From Myxococcota bacterium (GTDB lineage: Bacteria > Myxococcota_A > Bradymonadia > UBA7976 > UBA1532): a DNA stretch of 64,000 nt. Numbering within the stretch: the first letter of the stretch is position 1; each line of letters begins with the position of its first letter. The notes under the pieces were generated by a model. It was given only the letters and a program-made list of their open reading frames with translations. It made no database searches and was not told where the DNA came from. Shown here piece by piece: positions 27,927 through 37,810 of the stretch. The position numbers were made by a program, and so were the translations under genes. The stretch spans positions 130,817 to 194,816 of the forward strand of contig JAYZEG010000062.1 in assembly GCA_036337435.1 (NCBI GenBank), given 5' to 3'.

Positions 27927-28691
27927 GTGACTGATATCGGTCTATCGGTGGGTTTTTTGCTTGTACTCGGTGGTGTTTTTGCAGGCTACGTGAACGCAGT
28001 TGCTGGTGGTGGATCGGCGCTAACAATTCCCCTTTTCATGTATTGTGGATTAGATGCATCCCTCGCAAACGGAACCAATCGTGTCTCGGTGGGAATCCAG
28101 GCACTTTCGGCCAACTTATCCTTTAAGAAAGCGGGGGTTAAGACGGACAAAGCCGTCTTATGGCCCATTGTTTGGGTGATCATCGGTGCCACTCTTGGTG
28201 CATTCGTTGCCGTTTTGCTTCCCGCTGATTTTCTCAACATTGTGTTCTCGATCATCTTCCTCGTCTTGGCAGCCGTAATTGCCCGGGGCCCTGCACTCCT
28301 AAATCCGCCAAAGAGCACGGCCAACAGACATCCGTGGAGCACGGCCATCAGTTATACCCTTATCGGGGCTTATGGGGGGGCTTTTCAGGCTGGAGTTGGC
28401 GTTCCTTTACTCTTGGCACTCGTTCAATTGGGTGGGTTAGATGTGATCAAGGGGAATGCATTTAAAGCCCTGATCATTTTTGTTTACACAGCCATTGTTT
28501 TGTTGATTTTTAACGGCGTCGGCCAGGTCGTCTGGTTACCAGGTCTCTTGGTTGGAATGGGTGGCGTTTTTGGCAGTGTGATCGGTGCCAGTCATGTGAT
28601 TTCTAAGGGGTCGAATTTAGTGAGATGGGTGGTCATTATCATCTTATCAATCTCCGGTCTCAGAGGTCTTTGGACTGGATTGATTCACTGA
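27927..28691 (+). CDS. TauE/SafE family sulfite/anion exporter
   Basis: AGYVNAVAGGGS, ANGTNR, GAYGGAFQAGVG. Confidence 0.88.
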   Translation: MTDIGLSVGFLLVLGGVFAGYVNAVAGGGSALTIPLFMYCGLDASLANGTNRVSVGIQALSANLSFKKAGVKTDKAVLWPIVWVIIGATLGAFVAVLLPADFLNIVFSIIFLVLAAVIARGPALLNPPKSTANRHPWSTAISYTLIGAYGGAFQAGVGVPLLLALVQLGGLDVIKGNAFKALIIFVYTAIVLLIFNGVGQVVWLPGLLVGMGGVFGSVIGASHVISKGSNLVRWVVIIILSISGLRGLWTGLIH

Positions 28692-28780
28692 ACCTAAGCA
28701 AGACTTAGCCGTGAACACTTGACAGGGTAGCGTTGAGCGCTTACCAATTCGGCCGCGCATATGTGGACACGGAGGCATCG

Positions 28781-29014
28781 ATGCCGATTTATAAATACCG
28801 CTGTCAGACCTGTGGAGAAGTGACCGAAGTCATTGCCAAGATGTCGGATAAACCGCCAACCGAATGCAAATCCTGCGGTTCAGCCAAGCTCGAAAAAATC
28901 GTCGCGCGCACCGCGTTCCGATTGTCTGGTGGCGGTTGGTATGCTCACGGGTATGACGGTGCGTCCAATTCTACGACAGCCGTTTCGAGCAGCGACACGT
29001 CAAGCGATGATTAG
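28781..29014 (+). CDS. FmdB-family zinc-ribbon protein
   Basis: MPIYKYRCQTCG...CKSCG...FRLSGGGWY; GGAGG SD; TTGACA-N17-TACCAA upstream (28719-28747). Confidence 0.9.
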   Translation: MPIYKYRCQTCGEVTEVIAKMSDKPPTECKSCGSAKLEKIVARTAFRLSGGGWYAHGYDGASNSTTAVSSSDTSSDD

Positions 29015-29519
29015 TCGCGTCTTAGGCGTGACTCTGGCGTTCATCATGTCCCTCGGTTGCGGCTCATCAACCCAGAGTGAACAATCTCTTTGTGGATCTG
29101 GAGACGCACGGTTATCGATTGGGACTGGCGATCCCATGGTCGCTCTGGCCGACGAAGGGATTGCAGTCGAAGAAGGTCTACAGGGAGGCTATCATATTGA
29201 TGTCTCTCTCTCAGTCTCTGGTGTTTTGGACCCGGACCAAGCAGATATCACCTTGGCCCTTTGGTTGGACGAAAGTCTACTTGCACGACATCGAACGGAC
29301 AATTGGCTACTTAAGCTCTATGACGATCCTCATTGCGAATATCCCGAGGCGCGTTTGGTTTTTTCAAAAAGAGATGGCAGCTTGTTGGAATTGGGTGAGG
29401 TCATGGCACTGATTGGGCAAACCGTTCGCCTGGAGGCTGCAATCGAGACGCCGACAGGCAGCGCAACGGGTGTGTTCAACTTCGACCTCTCAGTGCTGAT
29501 TCGGCAGCAAACTGAGTAG
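29007..29519 (+). CDS. Hypothetical lipoprotein
   Basis: MISRVLGVTLAFIMSLGC lipobox; LSIGTG...GLQGGYHI; overlaps the FmdB gene stop. Confidence 0.7.
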   Translation: MISRVLGVTLAFIMSLGCGSSTQSEQSLCGSGDARLSIGTGDPMVALADEGIAVEEGLQGGYHIDVSLSVSGVLDPDQADITLALWLDESLLARHRTDNWLLKLYDDPHCEYPEARLVFSKRDGSLLELGEVMALIGQTVRLEAAIETPTGSATGVFNFDLSVLIRQQTE

Positions 29520-29595
29520 AATTCACTAAAAAATTAGCCGACTCTTGCGAGTTTCACTCGCCCAAAAGTCAAACGACACTTATAATGGCGGCCTC

Positions 29596-30684
29596 ATGAC
29601 GACTCAAAATATCCAAAATCTCCGTAAGCGAGAAGCTCAACTCAATCAGCGATACGAATATTATTTTGCTGGTCAGCCAAGGCATTCTCGAAATCCATCG
29701 TTGCTCGATGAAATGCTCACTGAGGCGAAATCGCTCGTTTCAGATGCGCGCAAAATAGATGATCGAGTATGCGTTGAGTTAGCTGAGGCTGTCTCAAAGC
29801 AGGCGAAACTTTACCAAAGTGAAGTGCAGCAGATTCGAGAAATTCAAGCGTCGAGCACAGAAGTTTTTCTGAGCCACGAGTATCGGTCTTGGGCTCGTAT
29901 CGTATTCGATCGCTACGAGCGAAACTTTGCTGGTCAGTCACGGGCGTCAAGAGATGCAGGCCTACTGGCAGGGATGGTCAGTCAACTCCAATGGCTTGAT
30001 GACGCCTTGGCTAAACTAGAGGGTCGTGTGGATGATGATGAAATTTGCACTGATACCCGAGGTAGGATTCAGTCAAACCTGCAGCTCTATCGAAGTGAAC
30101 GCAAGCAAATCACATCGACCCGACTGTCCGGTGATTTAGATGACCGAGCGAATATGTTGGCCAGTGCTGCGAATGTCCAGTTTGAACAATATCGTATCCA
30201 CTACGCGGGCAAGAAGCGTCTCTCTAGGAGCCTCACCCGTTTGGACAATATCATCGTCGAGCTAGAGAGCATCGTCGACCAGATGCGCGCACTGGGTCCG
30301 CAGGGTTTTGCCAACGAATCCAATGAGAAAAATATTGAGATCGTATCCGGCCGACTCGACGTTTATCGAAAAGAAGTGTCGGCGATCAAGACGGCCCGAG
30401 GTCAGGCATCATTCTCTGAGTTTGTCAGCGAATTAGGCCGATCGGCTAATGAAATTTTTGAACGCTATCGAGCAAACTACGCAGGGCAGCGGCGAGAGAC
30501 TCGAAACTTGAAAGAGTTGATTGATTTGACCGAGGGACTCTACGACCTCGCGGAAGAGATGAATCGACTTGATCGGGTTCGGGATGATGATAATAACCAA
30601 CATAATTTAGCGGTCGTTCTCGACCAATTACGTATGTACCATCGTGAATACGTCGAGATTGGCAAAGTACAGAAACGGAGCTGA
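29596..30684 (+). CDS. Hypothetical all-helical protein with four repeats of about 90 aa
   Basis: YFAGQPRHSR, NFAGQSRASR, HYAGKKRLSR and NYAGQRRETR, spaced 87/92/92 aa. Confidence 0.85.
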   Translation: MTTQNIQNLRKREAQLNQRYEYYFAGQPRHSRNPSLLDEMLTEAKSLVSDARKIDDRVCVELAEAVSKQAKLYQSEVQQIREIQASSTEVFLSHEYRSWARIVFDRYERNFAGQSRASRDAGLLAGMVSQLQWLDDALAKLEGRVDDDEICTDTRGRIQSNLQLYRSERKQITSTRLSGDLDDRANMLASAANVQFEQYRIHYAGKKRLSRSLTRLDNIIVELESIVDQMRALGPQGFANESNEKNIEIVSGRLDVYRKEVSAIKTARGQASFSEFVSELGRSANEIFERYRANYAGQRRETRNLKELIDLTEGLYDLAEEMNRLDRVRDDDNNQHNLAVVLDQLRMYHREYVEIGKVQKRS

Positions 30685-30687
30685 GCA

Positions 30688-30960
30688 ATGGAAAGACTTG
30701 TTGTTCGTGTGCGAGGTAAGGTTCAGGGCGTCTGGTATCGGGCTAGCGCTCGTGAAGAAGCGGGCAAACTTGGGCTTAACGGGTGGGTCGCAAATCGCCC
30801 TGACGGGTCAGTCGAAGTTTGTGTTGAAGGACCACGCCCTAAACTGGAGCGCTTGCTTGCATGGTGTCACCAAGGACCACCCGCCGCAGGGGTAAACCTG
30901 GTTGACCCGGAATGGCTACCAGCGACTCATGAATTCACACAATTTGAGATCATTCGATAA
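30688..30960 (+). CDS. acyP: Acylphosphatase
   Basis: VRGKVQGVWYR, GWVANRPDGSVE, WCHQGPPAA. Confidence 0.95.
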   Translation: MERLVVRVRGKVQGVWYRASAREEAGKLGLNGWVANRPDGSVEVCVEGPRPKLERLLAWCHQGPPAAGVNLVDPEWLPATHEFTQFEIIR

Positions 30961-31031
30961 GTGGGCAGAGCCGGATTGGCTCTTCCCGCGAGTCAACAGA
31001 CGCCTTCGACCCCAACAGACGGATTACCTCA

Positions 31032-31463
31032 ATGATCAATATCCCAAATGCCTGCTGGCCCAAAGATGACCTTCTTGTCGGTGGTCAGCCCTCTCGAGAC
31101 GACTTAAACGCCGCGAGAGACGCGGGTTTCAAAACCATTGTTAACATCCGCGGCCTTGGCGAAGACGGGACCGATTGGGAGCCTGACTTCGTGAATGGAT
31201 TGGGTCTAAATTATCACCACATCCCAGTGTCTGGCCCGATGGATCTGACCGAAGAAAAAGCGCAGTTATTGATGGAAACAATAGAGTCCAGCCGTTATCC
31301 ATTGATGATTCACTGCGCCAGTGGAAACCGTGTGGGAGCCCTCTTTGCCATCAATGCGTTCATACGTGGCGGAGTGAGTCGGGCAGATGCACTACAAATT
31401 GGGACCGACGCGGGATTGACCAAATTAAGACCCTTTGTCGAGGGGCTTTTGGGTGATTTGTAG
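31032..31463 (+). CDS. DUF442/BLH-like PTP-fold sulfur transferase or phosphatase
   Basis: GGQP, GFKTIVNIR, YHHIPV, HCASGNR (CX5R). Confidence 0.85.
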   Translation: MINIPNACWPKDDLLVGGQPSRDDLNAARDAGFKTIVNIRGLGEDGTDWEPDFVNGLGLNYHHIPVSGPMDLTEEKAQLLMETIESSRYPLMIHCASGNRVGALFAINAFIRGGVSRADALQIGTDAGLTKLRPFVEGLLGDL

Positions 31464-31553
31464 CCGGCCATTCTGCGGGTCCCATTAGGCTAAGTTTGCG
31501 ACCTCACCCAAGTGGATACGCCTCATAGCGGGCCGAACCAGTCAAACAAAAAC

Positions 31554-32216
31554 TCACTCGGCGTCGGCACCATCCTCAATCATTTCATCGGTGCTGCCAG
31601 TGTCACATGAGTCACAGGTCAGCTGCGGCGTGAGTGCAGAGAATTCCTCGCCGTCCGCCCAGACCAATCCAACGGTTGTGCCCGCGAGATCGAAGGACGT
31701 GGGCTGGATTAAATCACCAACGATTTCGCCGCAAATCGACGTCTCTGACCTCACTTGGCCCTTCAAGGTCAGATCCGCTTCGATATCGCTCCCGCTAATC
31801 GGGTTGGCATCGCCGGTGACCTTGACATTACCAAAGGGCAATTCAAATGATCCATCGGCCGCTAGGTCGACATACTCAGTCTCAATGGTCTCCCCAATGG
31901 GCTCGCGGCCGTCTACGGACAGGGGCGTCAAAGTCATTTTGATCTTCGGTGCGGCCGGGTCTGTGTCTAGCCCTGTTACGTCGACAATCGTGCGCATCAA
32001 GAGGGGTTTCGATTGATCGAGTGGTGTCAGGACTGCGATCATGTATGTCCCGGTGGCGTCCATTAGCATGGGACAGTATGGGACAACTTCTTGGACCTCA
32101 GGCAGCTGGTCGCGAGCTTCTGAAAATTCATCAACAGCTTTGTCTGGGTCCGGACAGCCTGTCAGGAAAAGAGCCCCGAGCGATAGCGAAACCATCAGCG
32201 TAATTTTTTTCATCAT
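31554..32216 (-). CDS. Hypothetical lipoprotein divergent from the FadL gene
   Basis: MKKITLMVSLSLGALFLTGC lipobox; beta-rich; ANPISGSDI...ICGEIVG. Confidence 0.8.
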   Translation of the reverse strand: MMKKITLMVSLSLGALFLTGCPDPDKAVDEFSEARDQLPEVQEVVPYCPMLMDATGTYMIAVLTPLDQSKPLLMRTIVDVTGLDTDPAAPKIKMTLTPLSVDGREPIGETIETEYVDLAADGSFELPFGNVKVTGDANPISGSDIEADLTLKGQVRSETSICGEIVGDLIQPTSFDLAGTTVGLVWADGEEFSALTPQLTCDSCDTGSTDEMIEDGADAE

Positions 32217-32346
32217 CTTTTATCCTCATGCCCCAGGTTTACTGGTTTCAGGGTGGACTATTTTGTCGGAGTCTGCGACGCTTCTGGCCACTGTGTCAAT
32301 GAATCCAAGCAGATAAAGAGTCTAATTTAGACGTGGAGGGGTCTCT

Positions 32347-33792
32347 GTGAAGCGATTTTTTACCACTTTTATGGTCCTGATGGTTTTCGGGCTGATTCCG
32401 TCTGCATCTTGGTCAAGTGGATTTTTTGTTGCTCGTTTTGGTGGGCCGCACGGGCATCCCACGACCGATAATCTCACAGCGATGTACTATAATCCCGCCG
32501 GGTTGAGTCTTGGTGAAGGGACACGGCTGTATCTCGATGGGAATTTTGCCCGACGCTTAGTCACGTACACCAGACCCGAAGGTGCCGTTGGTAATATCAT
32601 CGACGACGGATGCCTTAACTGTTCTGGGACGCCTCGCGCAGACCTCGCGGCCAATACCGGTGAGGGTACGCTGGAGAATTACATCGCAAGCCCCTTCATT
32701 GGTGTTGCCTCAGATTTCGGTCTTAAAAATGTTGGTTTCGGTCTGAGTTTATACGCGCCTTTCGGCGGCACCAGCGTTTACGATGAGGTGCCTCAGGTCG
32801 GTCCCCACATCGGTTCAGTCAATGGACCCCAACGGTGGTGGGCCATTGAAGGCACAATTAAGAGTGTCTTTATCACGGGTGCTGCAGCTTACCGAATGCC
32901 GGACCTCGGGCTGTCCTTTGGCATTGGACTCAACTTGGTCAAAAACCAGGTGTTCACTGCGCGTGCTAAAACGTCTCCTAATACCGACGATCTAATCGAC
33001 ACCTCAGGCTCTGGGTTTCGAGTTGCTGAGAATCAATTAATCAAAGAAGGTCGTGCCATCATCGATGTAGAAAGCACGGAGTTCTCTCTTGGTGTCGGGG
33101 TGATTTACGAGCCTGCCGATGATGTTTGGATTGGGCTGTCCTATCAGAGTTCGCCCGGATTCGGTGAAAACAAGCTCGAAGGAAAATCACGCCTGATTTT
33201 GGGTTCAACGCCAGAAGAGATCGAGAAAGCCGTTTTGTACCAATACCTGCCCGACGTGTGGCAGTTTGGTGCGCGCTGGCGGCCCAATGAAACGACAGAA
33301 CTCCGTTTTTCGGGAAATTACATTCGGTGGAGTGTGCTCCAAGAGCATTGTGCACTCGGTTTGCCTGAAGGCAGCTCTGACGCGCGTGAAAATTGCGATG
33401 CTGGACCCTTATTCATTGCCCCCAGAAACTGGGAAGATGCCATGGCGTTTCGACTTGGTGGCTCCTATTGGTTTAGCAAGGGTTCAGAGGTGATGGTTGG
33501 CGCGGGTTTCGACCAAAATGCAGTTCCCGACTCAACCCTGGAGCCAGCACTTATCGATATGGATAAAGTCACGGCCTCTCTCGGGGCTCGCTTCACGTTT
33601 TTTGACGATGCATTTGCGGTCGCGACAACCTTTACTCAGGTGATTTATTTTGCTCGAGATATCGATCCAAGCGTTCAAGAACCGGCTTTGTTGAAAAACC
33701 CAGAAACGGGTACGAGACATGGGCCCAACGCGGGTGGTAAGTACGAGCAATCAATCAGTCTTCTGAATCTCAACCTTGAGTATAAATTCTAG
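32347..33792 (+). CDS. fadL: FadL/OmpP1/TodX family outer-membrane transporter for hydrophobic compounds
   Basis: Signal peptide followed by SGF; hatch motif AMYYNPAGL; GLSLYAPFG; C-terminal YKF. Confidence 0.82.
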   Translation: MKRFFTTFMVLMVFGLIPSASWSSGFFVARFGGPHGHPTTDNLTAMYYNPAGLSLGEGTRLYLDGNFARRLVTYTRPEGAVGNIIDDGCLNCSGTPRADLAANTGEGTLENYIASPFIGVASDFGLKNVGFGLSLYAPFGGTSVYDEVPQVGPHIGSVNGPQRWWAIEGTIKSVFITGAAAYRMPDLGLSFGIGLNLVKNQVFTARAKTSPNTDDLIDTSGSGFRVAENQLIKEGRAIIDVESTEFSLGVGVIYEPADDVWIGLSYQSSPGFGENKLEGKSRLILGSTPEEIEKAVLYQYLPDVWQFGARWRPNETTELRFSGNYIRWSVLQEHCALGLPEGSSDARENCDAGPLFIAPRNWEDAMAFRLGGSYWFSKGSEVMVGAGFDQNAVPDSTLEPALIDMDKVTASLGARFTFFDDAFAVATTFTQVIYFARDIDPSVQEPALLKNPETGTRHGPNAGGKYEQSISLLNLNLEYKF

Positions 33793-33804
33793 GCATTACG
33801 ATTC

Positions 33805-34839
33805 ATGAGCTTTGAGTCTATTCGTGGCCAGGAACATGGTGTCGAGGTCCTAAAGCGCGCTCTGGGACGTAACCGCCTACATCACGCCTATCTATTCGCA
33901 GGTCCACTCGGTGTGGGCAAAGAACGAACGGCTCGAGCGTTTGCGTCGGCCCTTCTGTGTGTGCAACCGACACCGGACAAATTGGCCTGTAATGTCTGCC
34001 ATGCGTGTCGACGTTTGGCTGAGGGTCAGCACCCTGATTTTCATTTGGTTGAACGACTGGACAAAAAAGACGGTGGCACCGAACGGTTCATCAAGATTGA
34101 GCAAATTCGGACTTTACAGCGGTCCCTGAGTTTTAAAGCCTATGAGGGCCAGCGCCGAGTCGTCTTAATTCTCGAGCCGGAGTATATGACGGATTCGACG
34201 TCCAATGCCCTGCTCAAGACCCTCGAGGAGCCCGGTGAACAGACGCATTTCATTCTCGTCAGTGCAGGTGTTCATCGCTTATTACCGACGATCATTTCTC
34301 GTTGTCAGAGAGTCCGGTTTGGTCCTTTAAAAGAGGAGCACATCATTCATTTACTGGATGAGTCAGGGATTCAGGACGTGGACTTGATGAAGACGGTGGC
34401 GCGGCTCTCAGAGGGCTCCATTGGTCGCGCATTGATGATGTTAGAAGAAGATGTTGTTCCCTTGCGAGGCCTGATTTTGGCGGCTTTGGATGCAGACGAG
34501 CATCCACCCCTGTCAGAAACCTTAGATTTGGCAGAAGATCTCGCGAAGCCGGCCCAAAGAAAGCGACTCAAACAAGCGTTTCATATTCTGCGAACATGGT
34601 ATCGAGACCTCCTTGTGGTAAAGATGGGTGGTGACGGACGCCAAATTTTGAATATTGATCAGCATGCGCGCCTGAGCAGTCGAGCTGATCGATTGACCAC
34701 AGGTGTGATACAAGAACGCCTAAAGCGGACAGGGGAGGCCGAAGTTGCGATTTGGGAGCGAATGGCAAACACTCGACTTGTGTTGGAATCGCTATTCGTT
34801 TTCCTAGCGGGGCGCGTGCCCACGGAGCTGAGCCAATGA
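33805..34839 (+). CDS. holB: DNA polymerase III subunit delta'
   Basis: HAYLFAGPLGVGK, CNVCHAC, HPDF, NALLKTLEEP, LLPTIISRCQ. Confidence 0.93.
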   Translation: MSFESIRGQEHGVEVLKRALGRNRLHHAYLFAGPLGVGKERTARAFASALLCVQPTPDKLACNVCHACRRLAEGQHPDFHLVERLDKKDGGTERFIKIEQIRTLQRSLSFKAYEGQRRVVLILEPEYMTDSTSNALLKTLEEPGEQTHFILVSAGVHRLLPTIISRCQRVRFGPLKEEHIIHLLDESGIQDVDLMKTVARLSEGSIGRALMMLEEDVVPLRGLILAALDADEHPPLSETLDLAEDLAKPAQRKRLKQAFHILRTWYRDLLVVKMGGDGRQILNIDQHARLSSRADRLTTGVIQERLKRTGEAEVAIWERMANTRLVLESLFVFLAGRVPTELSQ

Positions 34840-35312
34840 CAGACGAACGCATATCGTTTTTAGACATCGTGGATTCAATTGTCAGTCCTCGCGCTAAGCC
34901 GAAACCTAAACCTCGACCCGAAAGGCCCAAGGTTATTGTAGAGGCTGATGAGGGGGTGGATGATGATGAGAGCCTTGCCGACTTTTCAGCAGACCGACCT
35001 CGGCATCCGACGAAACCCGCGCGAGATGAACGTGCTCGAGAGGCGGGTCGACACGGTCAGAGTGGCGGCCGTAATCGTCGTAATTCAAGACGGAGAAATT
35101 CCCGTCAACAGACCGACAAGAAACCAAATCGAAACGAACAAGAGAAAGCGGACGCAAAGGGGCGCAGCCCCAAAGCTCGTGCGGATAGTAAACACCCGCC
35201 CGGTAGTCAGCAGAAGAATGCAGAGGGTGAGCGAAAGCGCCGGCGGCGGAGGCGTCCGAGAAAGCCGAAGACAGATGGTGGAGGCCAACCGAGTGGTTCA
35301 GGGGCCCACTAG
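34836..35312 (+). CDS. Small Arg/Lys-rich disordered protein
   Basis: ATGA overlap with the holB stop and a GGAG SD; RKRRRRRRPRKPK. Confidence 0.6.
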   Translation: MTDERISFLDIVDSIVSPRAKPKPKPRPERPKVIVEADEGVDDDESLADFSADRPRHPTKPARDERAREAGRHGQSGGRNRRNSRRRNSRQQTDKKPNRNEQEKADAKGRSPKARADSKHPPGSQQKNAEGERKRRRRRRPRKPKTDGGGQPSGSGAH

Positions 35313-35321
35313 GATTGCCCC

Positions 35322-36476
35322 TTATTTGACTCGAATCTTTGGCCGTCTATGTCCGACGATTAGTTTCTTACCGATTCTCAAATTAGAGTTCTTTCGCAAT
35401 CGATTCCATTGGCGCAGTTTTTTGACTGTGACGCGATGTCGCTTAGCTAGGCGCCAGAGGCTATCACCCTTTTTAATCCGCTTGTAGACGGGCAGGGGCT
35501 TTAAAGCTTGGTTGCCATGTTTTGCAATAAATTGGCTGACCGCGGCCACGGATTCGGGCGCGTGAAACCGGATATGCAAATGGTCTGCATGGCCCTTTAA
35601 ATGGCGCATAATTTTCGGTCGACCACCGGGTGGCTGGAAGATCGTATGAAGCTTTTCTTTTGGAATCTTCTTCACATTCAGTGCGTAGCGATAAAGTAAT
35701 CGCATGAGTCGCCGATCAGAGAAGATGTATTCGACCTTGTTGTCCGCCACCAATGATTCGATGAATGTCCATGTTCTCGGCACATCAAGTGTACGCACTC
35801 GCGCCAGACGTAACCGGGTTGGAGAATGCCCCTCCTTCAAATAGTAGCCGATGTCAGCATCTCGACCCGACTGATGTGACTTATGCGGGGGAAACCGCCC
35901 TCCGTGCTCTCGGGAGAGATTACCAATTGCCAAGACGGGCGTATTGGGATGTTCCGCGTGAACTGCATCAACTGCATCGATGATGGCTTGCACCATCTCC
36001 TCGGTTCCAAAATTCTTGTTCCTTCGGCTGGTGAGTCGGTCGCTCGTTTCCAGACGCATTGGATAAGCCAACCAGCCCCGATTTGGTTTGCCGATAGAGA
36101 CACTGCGTGGCCAGCGATTTTTGTCCTTTTTGAGGACTTTCTTTTCGACTGGCGATGGCACCTCTTTCTTCATGGGGACAGGTGGTCTCACAACCCCAAT
36201 TTGACCGGCGATTGAGGCCTCCTGAGTTTTTTTTCCCGGAAACCACAATTGGCCATTTGATTTGGCGACCAACCACTGGTCGATCTCAGCATCCCATGCT
36301 GGATCTGACGGGTTGAGCTGGCCAGTCGTCAGGTTGCAATCACCCTCGAACTCGCATCGATAATCAAGTGAATCGGTGGTGTCATCAGCGTAACTAACGA
36401 TGGACCAAACAATGCTTGCGGCCACGATTAAGAGAAGCCCAATGCGCACACCTGTTTGTGATGGAAGCAATCTCAT
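35322..36476 (-). CDS. MepA-family penicillin-insensitive murein endopeptidase with C-terminal LysM
   Basis: SIGKPNRGWL, HKSHQSGRDAD, GHADHLHIRF; LysM IKKGDSLWRLAKRH. Confidence 0.88.
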   Translation of the reverse strand: MRLLPSQTGVRIGLLLIVAASIVWSIVSYADDTTDSLDYRCEFEGDCNLTTGQLNPSDPAWDAEIDQWLVAKSNGQLWFPGKKTQEASIAGQIGVVRPPVPMKKEVPSPVEKKVLKKDKNRWPRSVSIGKPNRGWLAYPMRLETSDRLTSRRNKNFGTEEMVQAIIDAVDAVHAEHPNTPVLAIGNLSREHGGRFPPHKSHQSGRDADIGYYLKEGHSPTRLRLARVRTLDVPRTWTFIESLVADNKVEYIFSDRRLMRLLYRYALNVKKIPKEKLHTIFQPPGGRPKIMRHLKGHADHLHIRFHAPESVAAVSQFIAKHGNQALKPLPVYKRIKKGDSLWRLAKRHRVTVKKLRQWNRLRKNSNLRIGKKLIVGHRRPKIRVK

Positions 36477-36538
36477 AAGACAACATGTTGCTGTGAAATC
36501 GGGCGGACTATGACAGAAATTGATCGAAAAAGCCAGGG

Positions 36539-37810
36539 CTAGGGATTTGAGTCGATTTCCGATGCATTCTTTTGAGTATCTCCGAGCCCGAGACGCATGA
36601 GCGCAAAAAGCATTGCCCAGATGGCGGTGAGCGTGAGTCGGGGCAAGAGAGGCCCGTTCAACTCACTGACAACAAATCCAAGACCCAGCAAAGAGATCGA
36701 TACGATTAAATGCAGCTTCAAATACTTGAGGATGAATGGACTTGTCTCGGTCTTGCCAAGCAGCATGCGCCATCCCGGCTTGCAGAGGATGACATCCGTC
36801 GGCCATACAACAAAAATCAATAGGTTTTGGCGAATTTCTGGCCATTGACTGACCATGTGGAGATAGAGCAAAGCAGTCGCGAAAGCACTAAAAATAAGCC
36901 CTAAAATGATGAACAGCCCCCCGTAAAAAGGCACTGGGAGACGGCGTCTGTATGTCACAAAAAGTAGTGCTGACAACATGATCAGAGATAGACTTATGGG
37001 ATACCATCTGACTGGATTGCCAATGGGTTTGGGCCCCATTCGTTGATGGTCAAAAACAGCAGCACCAAATAGTTTTCTGCCCCCATCAGTTTCTAGATTT
37101 TTGAGTCGGGATTCGAATGCAATCGGGTCACCACTCTTAAGATATCCGTCGGGTTTCAAATCCATCTTACGGCCGAGAACCCATTGAAAGGCGACGTAGA
37201 ATAATGGGTGATTGGAATAGCCAACCTCTGAGCGTTTTCGAAATGTCTCAGGATCCATGTTTTGGGTCCAGCGAGCCTTCATGATGCCTCCAAGATGCGA
37301 ATCGATTAGATCACGGATCTTGGTGACGCAGTTGACCCGAAATAAGTCGTAGACAAACTCACGCGAGTCCTTTTTCACCATCTTGTCCAAGTCAGATTTT
37401 ATCGCGCGGGCAATCTCTGGCGCGACCAGCAGCTGATACCGTCTGATCGTCCTGTCATTTCGTGTCCACTTACTACGTTGATACCCGTACGAACGTCGAT
37501 TACCCCAGTAGACTGACTCACCCATAATGAAGTTGTAGATGAAAGCGGGATCACCCAATTTTGTGACACCGAAATTGTAGACTTTTGCCTCATCTAAAGG
37601 CTGGGCTTGATCATCGCGAACAACAACTGCTGTGTGGCCAAAGACGGTGTAGAAGGCATCGCCTGGACCGACGATGGCGACATCAATGATCGGGGTTGCA
37701 AACGAATTTGTTGCTGGTGACCGGGGACTGGCGTTCGCACTTGCATTTGTGAGCCCAATTGAAAGGACAACAATGGCACTGGCGAACCAGGAATTCGAGG
37801 CGCGGATCAC
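36539..37810 (-). CDS. DUF4105 / Lnb-like membrane protein (candidate lipoprotein N-acyltransferase)
   Basis: GPGD..YTVFGHTA, YNFG, YDLFRVNCVTKIRD; C-terminal TM bundle; GTGA overlap with the upstream gene. Confidence 0.72.
   Translation of the reverse strand: MIRASNSWFASAIVVLSIGLTNASANASPRSPATNSFATPIIDVAIVGPGDAFYTVFGHTAVVVRDDQAQPLDEAKVYNFGVTKLGDPAFIYNFIMGESVYWGNRRSYGYQRSKWTRNDRTIRRYQLLVAPEIARAIKSDLDKMVKKDSREFVYDLFRVNCVTKIRDLIDSHLGGIMKARWTQNMDPETFRKRSEVGYSNHPLFYVAFQWVLGRKMDLKPDGYLKSGDPIAFESRLKNLETDGGRKLFGAAVFDHQRMGPKPIGNPVRWYPISLSLIMLSALLFVTYRRRLPVPFYGGLFIILGLIFSAFATALLYLHMVSQWPEIRQNLLIFVVWPTDVILCKPGWRMLLGKTETSPFILKYLKLHLIVSISLLGLGFVVSELNGPLLPRLTLTAIWAMLFALMRLGLGDTQKNASEIDSNP

Noticed and set aside
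28833..29006. N-terminal extension of the 228-aa ORF overlapping the FmdB gene
   Set aside because: The lipoprotein signal begins at ATG 29007; the extension is an off-frame read of fmdB.
26463..31463. mobA, TauE, FmdB and DUF442 as a single sulfur/molybdenum pathway
   Set aside because: Orientations are mixed and no molybdoenzyme, SQR or persulfide dioxygenase is present, so the clustering may be incidental.
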